The position numbers and the translations under genes were made by a program. From the NCBI GenBank assembly GCA_963666515.2, contig OY762897.2, positions 1,312,001-1,376,000 on the forward strand: a DNA stretch of 64,000 nt. The letters are read 5' to 3'. The DNA comes from Candidatus Binatia bacterium (GTDB lineage Bacteria > Desulfobacterota > Binatia > UBA9968 > JAJDTQ01). Under the pieces are notes generated by a model. It made no database searches, was not told the DNA's origin, and saw only the letters and a program-made list of their open reading frames with translations. Below, piece after piece: positions 19,628 through 27,933 of the stretch (position 1 is the first letter of the stretch; each line of letters opens with the position of its first letter).

Positions 19628-19913
19628 CCGGTTCCGAGCTGGCGTAATTTCCAGCTGCGCCCGGAGTGTTTCCTGAAACGGACGCACCCGGCGCGCCCAC
19701 CGTGCCATGGCGACCGTCGAAGTCTACAGCAAGAGTCGGTGCCCTTTCTGCCGGATGGCCAAGTGCCTTCTTGAGGAGAAGGGCCAGGAGTTCGTCGAGT
19801 TCGACGTCGAGCTGGACCCCACCAAGTACGACGAGATGCTCGAACGCTCCCAGGGCCGATGGACCGTCCCGGAAATCTTCATCGACGGCGAGCTGATCGG
19901 CGGATTCGACGAA
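19628..19913 (+). pseudogene. grxC: Copy 2 of the direct repeat: 3'-truncated grxC duplicate (ATG 19707)
   Basis: Near-identical to grxC up to IGGFDE, then unrelated sequence. Confidence 0.85.
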
Positions 19914-19984
19914 ATAGTGCGTAGTATCCCGGATCTCTGTAGTTTTCCGAATCTGCCTGACTTGCTTCCATCTCCCGCTCTAAA

Positions 19985-21969
19985 CTGAAGTTCTGAGGCC
20001 AAGACAGCGTAAGTGGTTGAATTTAGGGGGAATAGGATTGAGACGGCAGTACGGGTTCTGACTACACGGGGAGTTTGAGGTGGAGGAGTTCCAAGGCGAG
20101 GCGTTGGAGGTCGGTGGGGAGGGTGAGTTGTTGGAAGGTCAGCTTTGAGCCTTGGAGTTGAAGGGTATTGCGGGTGAGGGTGGCCAAGTGGCGGAGCAGA
20201 CCGCGGAAGTGGTGCACGGGTTGCCCCTGTGGGGTTCGGCGGGTGGCGGCTTTGCGCTCGGAGCTGTGGGAGGGCACGCTGGGGCTGACGGGGGAGGGGC
20301 GGCGGCGAGCGGCGTCCTGGGGGTCGTCTTCGGCGAACAAGAGTGGAGCCCAGGCTCGCCGCATGTGCCACTCGACGTAGTAGGCGAGCATGCACAGGAA
20401 GACGTGGGCGCGCACGCGCTGGGACAGGCGGTGGTGGATCGGGCGCACGTGGAGGTCCACGGTCTTGAGGCATCGGAAGGCGCGCTCGACTGCGGCGAGG
20501 CGTTTATAGGCGCTGACGGTGGAAGCGGCATCGAGGAGGGGCTCAGGGACGGAGGTGCGGATGACGTAGAGGCCGTCGAGGCGGGCCTCTTGAGCGATGG
20601 CGTCGGATTTGCGCTGATAGCGGAACGAGGACTCGGTGACGGTCATGTCGAAGTGCTTGGCCATCTTGAAGCGGCCCAACACCCGGCCCACCCGCAGTGC
20701 GATGGCGCTCTCACCGCGAAGCGGTCGTTTGGGGCGTTGGGTGGCCCGGACGATCTTGTCCAGTTCCTGCTCGGTGGCGTCCAGCAGGGCTTGGCGTTTG
20801 CGCCGACGCTCCTGGCGCAGCAGGGGGTTGAGGCAGGCGATGAGGCGTTCGCCGGGGAAGTCTGGATGAGCGATTTCAGCCAGGTCGGTGTGGTCGAACA
20901 GGGACGACTGCAAGGGGCCTTGGTCTTGGGCGAGCTTGGCGACGGCATCGTTGCGTAGTGCACTGATCCAGTCCAGACCCTCCACCGGGCGCAGTTCCTC
21001 GTCGATGCGCGCACTGGTCAACATTCCCCGATCGCCGACGAACACCACACGTTCGAGCCCGAAGCGCTCGCGGACCTTGTGGATCTGGTCCGCCAAAGTG
21101 CTCGGGTCAGCGGTGTTGCCCTCGTAGACCTCCACCGCCACCGGACAGCCGTCGGCGTTGCACAGTAACCCGTAGACGATCTGCAGCTTGCCTTTCTTGC
21201 CGTCCCGCGAGTAGCCGATGCGCCCCAGCGGGCAGCGCCGCCCTTCGAGATAGCTCGAAGTCACGTCGTAGAGCACCAGCGTGCCGTGGTGGAGATGGCG
21301 CTTGGCCAGACTGCGTTCGATGCGCCCCTGACGCTCCCCTAGCCAGTCCATGGCCTCATACAACTCTTCGGCCTGCACCGCCTCAAGGCCGAGTTCCTCG
21401 CCCAGGGTGGACGTCGCACTCTCGGCATCCAACGCCCGCGCCGTGGCCAGCTTCGAGTCCGGACACAGCACCCGGGACACGATCAAGGCCACACTACGGT
21501 CGCGTTGGACGCTGTGCCGAGAGTCCAGCAGCCGCTCCAGCCCCAGCGTCTTGACCGTGCCCAGCACCGCAGCCACGTGTCCATGGGGACGAGAGCGCAA
21601 CACTTGCAATGCCTCCTCGGCCGGCACCAGGGTCTTGCCGCCGAGTGCGAGGCGCACCAGTTCCACCACCGAATCGGGCAGGTGGGAGAGGTTGCCGACG
21701 GTTTCGTTTTTGACCTTGCCGTTTTCGCGGTAGGAGCGCCTGAGCAGGTGGGTGGTGTAGACTCGGTCTTTGTATCGACGCGTGGTAGTAACGACGTGTA
21801 CGGCGGCCTTGCGTCTTGGCATACATGGGATTGTAGCACAATCACCGAATCAGTCAAGCCTATTTAGTGACTACATGTTACGCCTGAAATCTGCCCTTGA
21901 ATCTCCAAATGTCTATCCAATACAATGAGTTAGAGGCTGTCAGGCCGGAATCCGGCCCCAGAACTTCAG
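19985..21969 (-). mobile_element. IS1634-family insertion sequence, complete
   Basis: Terminal IRs CTGAAGTTCTG(A/G)GGCC (15/16 match); flanking 6-bp duplication TCTAAA at 19979-19984 and 21970-21975. Confidence 0.93.
20062..21822 (-). CDS. IS1634 family DDE transposase
   Basis: LYDVTSSY.EG, GYSRD.K, V.GN..D, VGDRGM, VERAFR.LK...L..RPI.H, H+FLC.LAY. Confidence 0.95.
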   Translation of the reverse strand: MPRRKAAVHVVTTTRRYKDRVYTTHLLRRSYRENGKVKNETVGNLSHLPDSVVELVRLALGGKTLVPAEEALQVLRSRPHGHVAAVLGTVKTLGLERLLDSRHSVQRDRSVALIVSRVLCPDSKLATARALDAESATSTLGEELGLEAVQAEELYEAMDWLGERQGRIERSLAKRHLHHGTLVLYDVTSSYLEGRRCPLGRIGYSRDGKKGKLQIVYGLLCNADGCPVAVEVYEGNTADPSTLADQIHKVRERFGLERVVFVGDRGMLTSARIDEELRPVEGLDWISALRNDAVAKLAQDQGPLQSSLFDHTDLAEIAHPDFPGERLIACLNPLLRQERRRKRQALLDATEQELDKIVRATQRPKRPLRGESAIALRVGRVLGRFKMAKHFDMTVTESSFRYQRKSDAIAQEARLDGLYVIRTSVPEPLLDAASTVSAYKRLAAVERAFRCLKTVDLHVRPIHHRLSQRVRAHVFLCMLAYYVEWHMRRAWAPLLFAEDDPQDAARRRPSPVSPSVPSHSSERKAATRRTPQGQPVHHFRGLLRHLATLTRNTLQLQGSKLTFQQLTLPTDLQRLALELLHLKLPV

Positions 21970-22404
21970 TCTAAATAATCCCGCTTCTTCCTGATCCGAG
22001 CGCCCCGATTTCGCACGACAACACGCATGATAGCCAGTATCCCCAGGCAACGCCCCAGCACGTCTTCATCATATTCTACGCCTTCGTGCCTCGCCACATC
22101 AGAAAACCGCTTAATCTTAACGCGAGAATAAGTAATATGCATCCCACCAGAAGCGGTGACGCTCTCAGATATCGTATCTTGGCTGTGTCAACCAAAATTG
22201 GTCATTTGCCGCAACAGTTCCGGGGACGAGGCGAGGGGGACACGGTGCGGCTGGGACTTCTTTCCCTTCAGACGAAGAATGCCTTGGCGAGTAGGCTGAC
22301 CACACCGGAGAGCATGGCCATGTGGAAATTACAGCGCTTCTTCCGTCGCAGGCGAAAAGATGGGTCTACGACGGTCGTTTCCGCGGCCCGGCCGCCGATG
22401 TCCG

Positions 22405-22585
22405 GCCCGTTGATAGCCTTGCCCACGTCTGCCACGCTGGTATAGCGCTGGAGCATCACTTGGCCGGTGTCGGCGTCGACGGCCAACATGGCTCCGCCGA
22501 TACCCACTTCCCAGAAGATCGGCAGAATCGGCGAGATGCCGCTGTCGGCACGGACGTAGCCGCGCCCGATCAACTCGCCGCCGGA
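22405..22585 (-). pseudogene. Internal fragment of a xanthine dehydrogenase/CoxL molybdopterin-binding subunit
   Basis: FWEVGIGG...AVD.DTG.V....Y.SVADVGKAIN motif with no start or C-terminus. Confidence 0.75.
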
Positions 22586-22595
22586 CAAGATGGCG

Positions 22596-22691
22596 CCCTT
22601 CGACTTCGCTTCGCTACGCTCAGGGCGAATGAGTCAAGAAAGTCTGACAAAAGTCCGTTCGCCCTGAGCGTAGCGAAGCGAAGTCGAAGGG
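22596..22691. repeat. REP-like palindromic pair (family B, CCCTTCGACTTCGCTTCGCTACGCTCAGGGCGAA)
   Basis: Perfect 34-bp inverted repeat, 22596-22629 and 22658-22691. Confidence 0.92.
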
Positions 22692-22733
22692 TATCTGGTT
22701 TCAGTGTCTGTCTCTGATGTGGCGTCCGGCGAA

Positions 22734-24242
22734 TCAGCAGCTCTCCTTGATGAAATCCGCCACGCGCTCGCCGATCATCATGCAGGTCACGTTGGTGTTG
22801 GCGTGGGTGACCGTGGGCATGATGGAGGCGTCGGCCACCCGCAGGTTGTCGATGCCGTGAACCCGTAGCTGCTCGTCCACCACGGTCATGTTGTCGGACG
22901 CGGGACCCATGAGGCAGGTGCCGGCGGCATGGTGGTAGCTGTCCAGGGTCGAGCGCGCCCACCGGCCCCAGTCCTCACCGCGCCTGGGCTGGATCGGCGG
23001 GCCGTAGAACTCGGGCATGTCGCCGGTCTGGGTCAGCAGGTCCAGGAACTCCATGGTCGCCACCACGGCCGCGACGTCGCCGGGATGTTCCAGCATCCGC
23101 GCGTCCACCCCCGGCAGTTCGTGCGGGTCGGCGCTCTGGAGGAAGACCCGGCCGCGGTTCCGTTGCTCCAGCAGCGCCGCGGAGATGTTGAGGGTCCGGC
23201 CCACGCCCTCCAGCACCGTGGGCGGCCGCATGAAGACGTGGAAATCGCCGGTCTCCCGTGACGGGTCGCTCTTGGTGATCAGCCGGAAGGGCGGCACCAC
23301 CCAGTCCACCTCGAAGGCGCCGCGTCCCTCGAAAGCCATGTGCAGCATGGCGTGGTCCTGGTAGTTCTCGCCCACGCCGGGGCGGTCGTGCTGCACCTCG
23401 ATGCCGTGCCGCTGCAGCTCCGCGGCCGGCCCGATGCCGGAGAGCATCATGATGTGGGGGCTGTGGAACGCCCCCGCGGTCAGCACCACCTCGGCGCCGG
23501 CCGCGGTGTGCCGCTGCCCGTCCTTCTCGTAGTTCACCCCCGTCACGCGGTTGCCCGACAGGGAAAGCGAGACCACCGGCGCCTCGGCGATGACGGTGAG
23601 GTTGGGCCGGCCTCGGGCGGCCTCCAGGTACGCCACCGTGGTGGACTGCCGCATGCCGTCCTTGATGTTGTAGGGGGAGGTGCAGAGCCCCCAGGGATTG
23701 GGATCGTTGACGTCGCCTTGCGGCAGCCCGAGTTCCCGCGCCGCGTCCATGAAGACCTGCACCGCCTTGGGGACCTCCTGGCCGAAGAGGTAGTGGCGCT
23801 CGAAGTAGAGCGGCCCGCCGTGACCGTGGTCGGGGCTGTCGGGGTTATCCTGGTCGTTCTCGAGGCGTTTCAGCACCGGCAGGACGTGCTCCCACGACCA
23901 GGAAGGGTTCCCGGCCGCAGCCCACGCGTCCATGTCCGCCTTGATCGGGCGGATCACCGACATCACGTTTACCGAGGAGCCGCCGCCCATGATCTTTCCG
24001 GCCAGGGAATAGAAGGTGCTGCCGTCGACCCTGCGCTCGCTCGGGTACATGTTGATGTAGGGCGTCTCCAGGAGCAGCCGCACCCTCCCGGCCGCCTGCG
24101 CCACCAGTTCGGGGATGGGCAGCGGGTCGGGGCCGGCCTCCAGCAGCAGGACCTTTCGGTTCGGGTCCTCGGAAAGACGCGCCGCGGCCGCGCAGCCCGC
24201 GGAGCCGCCGCCCACCAGAATCACATCGTAGTCGTTTGCCAT
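22734..24242 (-). CDS. GMC family oxidoreductase (choline dehydrogenase-like)
   Basis: GGGSAG, LLEAG, GGGSSVN, VGEN.QDH, HH..GTC.MG, LRVADAS.MP...NTN. Confidence 0.95.
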   Translation of the reverse strand: MANDYDVILVGGGSAGCAAAARLSEDPNRKVLLLEAGPDPLPIPELVAQAAGRVRLLLETPYINMYPSERRVDGSTFYSLAGKIMGGGSSVNVMSVIRPIKADMDAWAAAGNPSWSWEHVLPVLKRLENDQDNPDSPDHGHGGPLYFERHYLFGQEVPKAVQVFMDAARELGLPQGDVNDPNPWGLCTSPYNIKDGMRQSTTVAYLEAARGRPNLTVIAEAPVVSLSLSGNRVTGVNYEKDGQRHTAAGAEVVLTAGAFHSPHIMMLSGIGPAAELQRHGIEVQHDRPGVGENYQDHAMLHMAFEGRGAFEVDWVVPPFRLITKSDPSRETGDFHVFMRPPTVLEGVGRTLNISAALLEQRNRGRVFLQSADPHELPGVDARMLEHPGDVAAVVATMEFLDLLTQTGDMPEFYGPPIQPRRGEDWGRWARSTLDSYHHAAGTCLMGPASDNMTVVDEQLRVHGIDNLRVADASIMPTVTHANTNVTCMMIGERVADFIKESC

Positions 24243-24326
24243 GGCATCCTCTTTTCAGGTGTGAGTACCATCTCCGTATCAACTCTGCGTTTGGCGTTCA
24301 ACAATGGTCGCCAGAGCATTTTTTTC

Positions 24327-24356
24327 TTGACAACCAACTCGCCGCGGAACTAGACT
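24327..24356 (+). promoter_or_regulatory. Putative sigma70 promoter
   Basis: T-tract, then TTGACA-18 bp-TAGACT. Confidence 0.65.
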
Positions 24357-24362
24357 CATCTC

Positions 24363-24753
24363 GGCTCGTTCGCGAACGGGCAAGAGCCCGAGACCCCACG
24401 CGCGTCGGTTCCCGGGCTCGGTCATCAAAGCCTCAGGAGGTGTCAGATGACGAAAACCAGCCCACCCGACTATAAGCGCCCGTGAAAGCGGGCGGACTGG
24501 TTCCCGGTGCTTGGCCGGACGCGGTTTCCCGGCTGACCGTCCCGACTCGGGTGTTGGATATAACACAGCGGCATAGCCGTCGGGCACGCCGCGACTCCAG
24601 GGGACAGGCAGCGGAGGAGGGCGTCAAGGGCCCATCCCGGAAGACCGCACAAGGCGGAGACCAAACGGGGAACCACGGAAACGCAGAAAACCTTACCGGC
24701 GTCGATGAACGCCAGGGGCGGGCTCTCCCACCGGAGGAGAGCCCGTTTTCTTT
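24363..24753 (+). ncRNA. Candidate ~390-nt structured RNA (unknown family), containing a 12-codon ORF
   Basis: Bounded by a promoter and a terminator; several hairpins; no credible long ORF. Confidence 0.45.
24719..24753 (+). terminator. Rho-independent terminator
   Basis: CGGGCTCTCC-7 nt-GGAGAGCCCG followed by TTTTCTTT. Confidence 0.88.
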
Positions 24754-24793
24754 ATGAGATACTGTCTTTGCAGGACCTGACGGGGGAAGAGCC

Positions 24794-25135
24794 ATGGCAA
24801 CGGAGCAAACGGAGATCACCGGCTATCACGCCCACGTCTATTACGATCCCGGCACTAGGGAGACGGCCGGACGCGTGCGGGAGGGGCTGGGCGCCCGTTT
24901 CGACGTTGTGCTGGGGCGCTGGCACGACGTGCCGGTAGGCCCGCATCCCAAGGCCATGTACCAGGTGGCCTTCACGCCCGGCGAGTTCGCCAACGTGGTT
25001 CCGTGGCTGATGGTCCATCGGGAAGGTCTGGACATCCTGGTCCACCCCAGCACCGGCGAGCACGTGGGCGACCACCGGGACCGCGCCCTGTGGCTGGGCA
25101 CGCCGCTGCCGCTGAGGCTGGGCAGGTTCGGCTGA
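24794..25135 (+). CDS. DOPA 4,5-dioxygenase family protein
   Basis: YHAHVYY, PVGPHP..MYQ.AF, WL...R.GL..LVHP.TG, H...A.WLG. Confidence 0.92.
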   Translation: MATEQTEITGYHAHVYYDPGTRETAGRVREGLGARFDVVLGRWHDVPVGPHPKAMYQVAFTPGEFANVVPWLMVHREGLDILVHPSTGEHVGDHRDRALWLGTPLPLRLGRFG

Positions 25136-25186
25136 CCTTCGGGCTCCGTCCGCCGAATCAGACAAGCCGTCCGGCGGTCCGCCGTC

Positions 25187-25657
25187 TCAGATGACGTCTC
25201 CGCCGCCGTCCCGCACCCTGAGCTTCGCCTCGATGAATTCCTTGTGCGGCACGCCGATGAGGTTGGCGATCTTGCGGACCAGGTACTCCTCGTGCTCGTC
25301 CGCGTTCTCGTCCGCGTAGGCGACGGCCCACAGGTACTCCACCACCTTCCGCTTCTGTTCCTCGGAGAAGCCCGTCTTGATGAGCGATGTGAACTGGTAG
25401 TGGTCGATGGCGTCGTCGGCCTCGGCTTCGGCCAGCTCCACCAGGTCGTGGGTCTCTTCGGGGGTGAGATCGAACTTTTCCTGCAAGGCCGCCACCACCA
25501 CCGCGCGTTCGCCCTCTGTGACCTCCACGTCCGTACGCATCATCTCGATGAGCAATGCGCCGGTGGCCACCTGGAGGCGATGCCGGTCCGACAGCCGGAC
25601 GTCGCGGTGGCCCGGGTCGATGCGTCCGTCGAAAAACCGCTGGATGGCTCGGAGCAT
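25187..25657 (-). CDS. TerB family protein
   Basis: ALLIEMM..D....E.E, D.YQFT, LW.VAYAD...D.HEE..VRKIA.L.GV; ATG overlaps the NUDIX stop. Confidence 0.88.
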   Translation of the reverse strand: MLRAIQRFFDGRIDPGHRDVRLSDRHRLQVATGALLIEMMRTDVEVTEGERAVVVAALQEKFDLTPEETHDLVELAEAEADDAIDHYQFTSLIKTGFSEEQKRKVVEYLWAVAYADENADEHEEYLVRKIANLIGVPHKEFIEAKLRVRDGGGDVI

Positions 25658-26241
25658 TACGCACCCGCACCGTTGAGGAAGCGCACCTGGTAGTCCTTCC
25701 ACTTGTCCGCGGGACGGGTGATGTCTCCGGCATAGGTGCCGAAGCGGCCGCGGCGGCGGTCCCTGAAGTAGAGTTTCAGGGTCTGGTCCACCACCGGGAA
25801 GGCGATCCGGTCCCAGGGAACGTCTTCCTCGCGACACAACCGCACATCGAGGCTCTCCTCGCCGGGTCCGAACTCGCGCTCCCGCAGGGCGCCGCGGAAG
25901 ATCACGTAGACTTGGTTGATCTGCGGCAGGTTGATGAGGGTGTAGAGCTCCGATATCTCCACGTCGGCCAAGGCCTCCTCGCGGGTTTCCCTGGCGGCGC
26001 CCTCGATGGTGGTCTCGTAGTCCTCCAGGAAACCCGCGGGCAGGGTCCAGAACCCGTAGCGCGGCTCGATGGCGCGGCGGCACAACAGGATCGTGTCCTC
26101 CCACTCGGGGATGCAGCCGACCACGATCTTGGGGTTGGTGTAGTGGATGGTGTTGCAGGAGCCGCACACGTGCCGGGGCAGGTTGTCGCCCTCCGGAATA
26201 CGAAGCTCCACGGGCGCGGCGCAGGCGCTGCAGTAATTCAT
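25657..26241 (-). CDS. NUDIX hydrolase with N-terminal Zn ribbon
   Basis: C..C...C..C..IHY.NP, G.LE..ET..EGA.RE..EE Nudix box. Confidence 0.95.
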   Translation of the reverse strand: MNYCSACAAPVELRIPEGDNLPRHVCGSCNTIHYTNPKIVVGCIPEWEDTILLCRRAIEPRYGFWTLPAGFLEDYETTIEGAARETREEALADVEISELYTLINLPQINQVYVIFRGALREREFGPGEESLDVRLCREEDVPWDRIAFPVVDQTLKLYFRDRRRGRFGTYAGDITRPADKWKDYQVRFLNGAGA

Positions 26242-26422
26242 GAGGCAACCTTGGGCGCCGTTCCAGCGCCGGACGCAGCGTCACCACGTCCGCACGGCTT
26301 GCCGGCTGGCCATACCATAGGGTGGGTACTATAGGGTGATCGCCCCGGAGGGTCAATCCGAACGGGATCTCATGCTATACACGACCGAGACCCAGTGTGA
26401 CGCGCCACGCCAGGGAGGTATC

Positions 26423-27865
26423 GTGTCGAGTCTGCCCGAACGCCTTGAAACATGGTTCCGCGAAGCGGCGCCCGCGATCCGCTTCTGCTCGCTCCGCTAC
26501 GTGAGCGAACGCTCCGAGAGCCTCAGTGTGCGGCGCGGCGTGGTGGAGCCCATCGCGTCGGGAGACGATGCCGGCGTCATGATCACCGTGGCGGACGGAG
26601 ACGGACACGGCTACGCGGGCACATGCGACCTGAGCCCGGACGGGCTCCGGCGCGCGCTGGACCGCGCCCGGGACTGGGCGGCGCGGAGCGCGGAATGCAT
26701 GGCATTTCCCGCGGCGCCGTTGCAGGCGCCGTGCCGGGGCGACTACCGGACGCCGGTGGCGATTCCGTGGGATTCGGTTCCGTTGCGAGACAAGATCGAC
26801 CTGCTCCGCGCCCAGAGCGACCGCCTGCATACGGACGCGCGCATCGTGGACTGGGACGCTTCGCTCTGGCACGTGGAGACCGAAACCCTCTACCTGACCG
26901 CGGACGGCGCCCACGTGCACCAGACCTTGAATCACTTGGTGCCGGGCTTGGGCTGCACCGCCAACGACGGCCCGGAGACCGTGAGCCGCACCTTCGGCGG
27001 CCGGGGCTTCTGCCGCCAGGGCGGCCTGGAGGTGCTGGATCAGGTCGGGTTCCGCGACGCGGCGCCGGTTCTGGCGGAGGAAGCACTGGAGCTTTTGACG
27101 GCCCCCAATTGCCCGACCGGGACCATGGACCTCCTGCTCGCGCCCGACCAGCTCATCCTTCATATCCACGAGTCCATCGGCCACCCGCTGGAGTTGGACC
27201 GCATCCTGGGCGACGAGCGCAACTACGCGGGCACGAGCTTCGTGACGCCCGACATGTTCGGTAAGTACCGCTACGGGTCCGAGCTTCTGAACGTCACCTT
27301 CGATCCAGGCGACCCGGGCCAGTTCGCCAGCTACGGCTTCGACGACGAGGGCCTGCCGGTCGGCCGTGAGCACATCATCAAGGACGGCGTGCTCCTGCGG
27401 GGCCTCGGCGGACACCTGTCACAGCAGCGCACCGGCCTTCCGGGGGTGGCCAACTCCCGAGCCACGAGCTGGAACCGTCCGCCCATCGACCGCATGGCCA
27501 ACCTGAACCTGGAGCCCGGAGACTCCACGCTGGAGGAAATGGTCCGCTCCATCGAGTATGGCGTCTTCATGCAGACCAACTGCTCATGGTCCATCGACGA
27601 TTCGCGCAACAAGTTCCAGTTCGGCTGCGAGCGAGGCACGATGATCCGGGACGGCGAGCTGCGGGAGGTGGTGAAGAAGCCCAACTACCGCGGCGTGTCG
27701 GCCACCTTCTGGCGGAACCTGACCCGCGTGGGCAATCCCGATACGCGAGAGGTGCTGGGCACGCCGTTTTGCGGCAAGGGCGAGCCCAACCAGGTGATCC
27801 GCGTCGGCCACGCTGCGCCCGCGTGCGTGTTCAGCGGCGTGCAGGTCTTCGGCGGAGAGTCCTGA
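26423..27865 (+). CDS. tldD: TldD family metalloprotease
   Basis: HESIGHPLE.DR, DDEG, RMAN, CGKGEPNQ; GTG start after GGAGG. Confidence 0.92.
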   Translation: MSSLPERLETWFREAAPAIRFCSLRYVSERSESLSVRRGVVEPIASGDDAGVMITVADGDGHGYAGTCDLSPDGLRRALDRARDWAARSAECMAFPAAPLQAPCRGDYRTPVAIPWDSVPLRDKIDLLRAQSDRLHTDARIVDWDASLWHVETETLYLTADGAHVHQTLNHLVPGLGCTANDGPETVSRTFGGRGFCRQGGLEVLDQVGFRDAAPVLAEEALELLTAPNCPTGTMDLLLAPDQLILHIHESIGHPLELDRILGDERNYAGTSFVTPDMFGKYRYGSELLNVTFDPGDPGQFASYGFDDEGLPVGREHIIKDGVLLRGLGGHLSQQRTGLPGVANSRATSWNRPPIDRMANLNLEPGDSTLEEMVRSIEYGVFMQTNCSWSIDDSRNKFQFGCERGTMIRDGELREVVKKPNYRGVSATFWRNLTRVGNPDTREVLGTPFCGKGEPNQVIRVGHAAPACVFSGVQVFGGES

Positions 27866-27933
27866 CCGCGCGGTGTGGACGTCGCCCGTGCGGATCTGAA
27901 ATCCGCCCTTGCGACGCAACGTATTGAAACGCC

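Noticed and set aside
24363-24753. tmRNA or RNase P identity (one frame reads DDENQPTRL*, similar to a tag peptide)
   Set aside because: No tRNA-Ala-like ends, no GGTTCGA T-arm, no terminal AA tag, and no GAGGAAAGTC RNase P motif.
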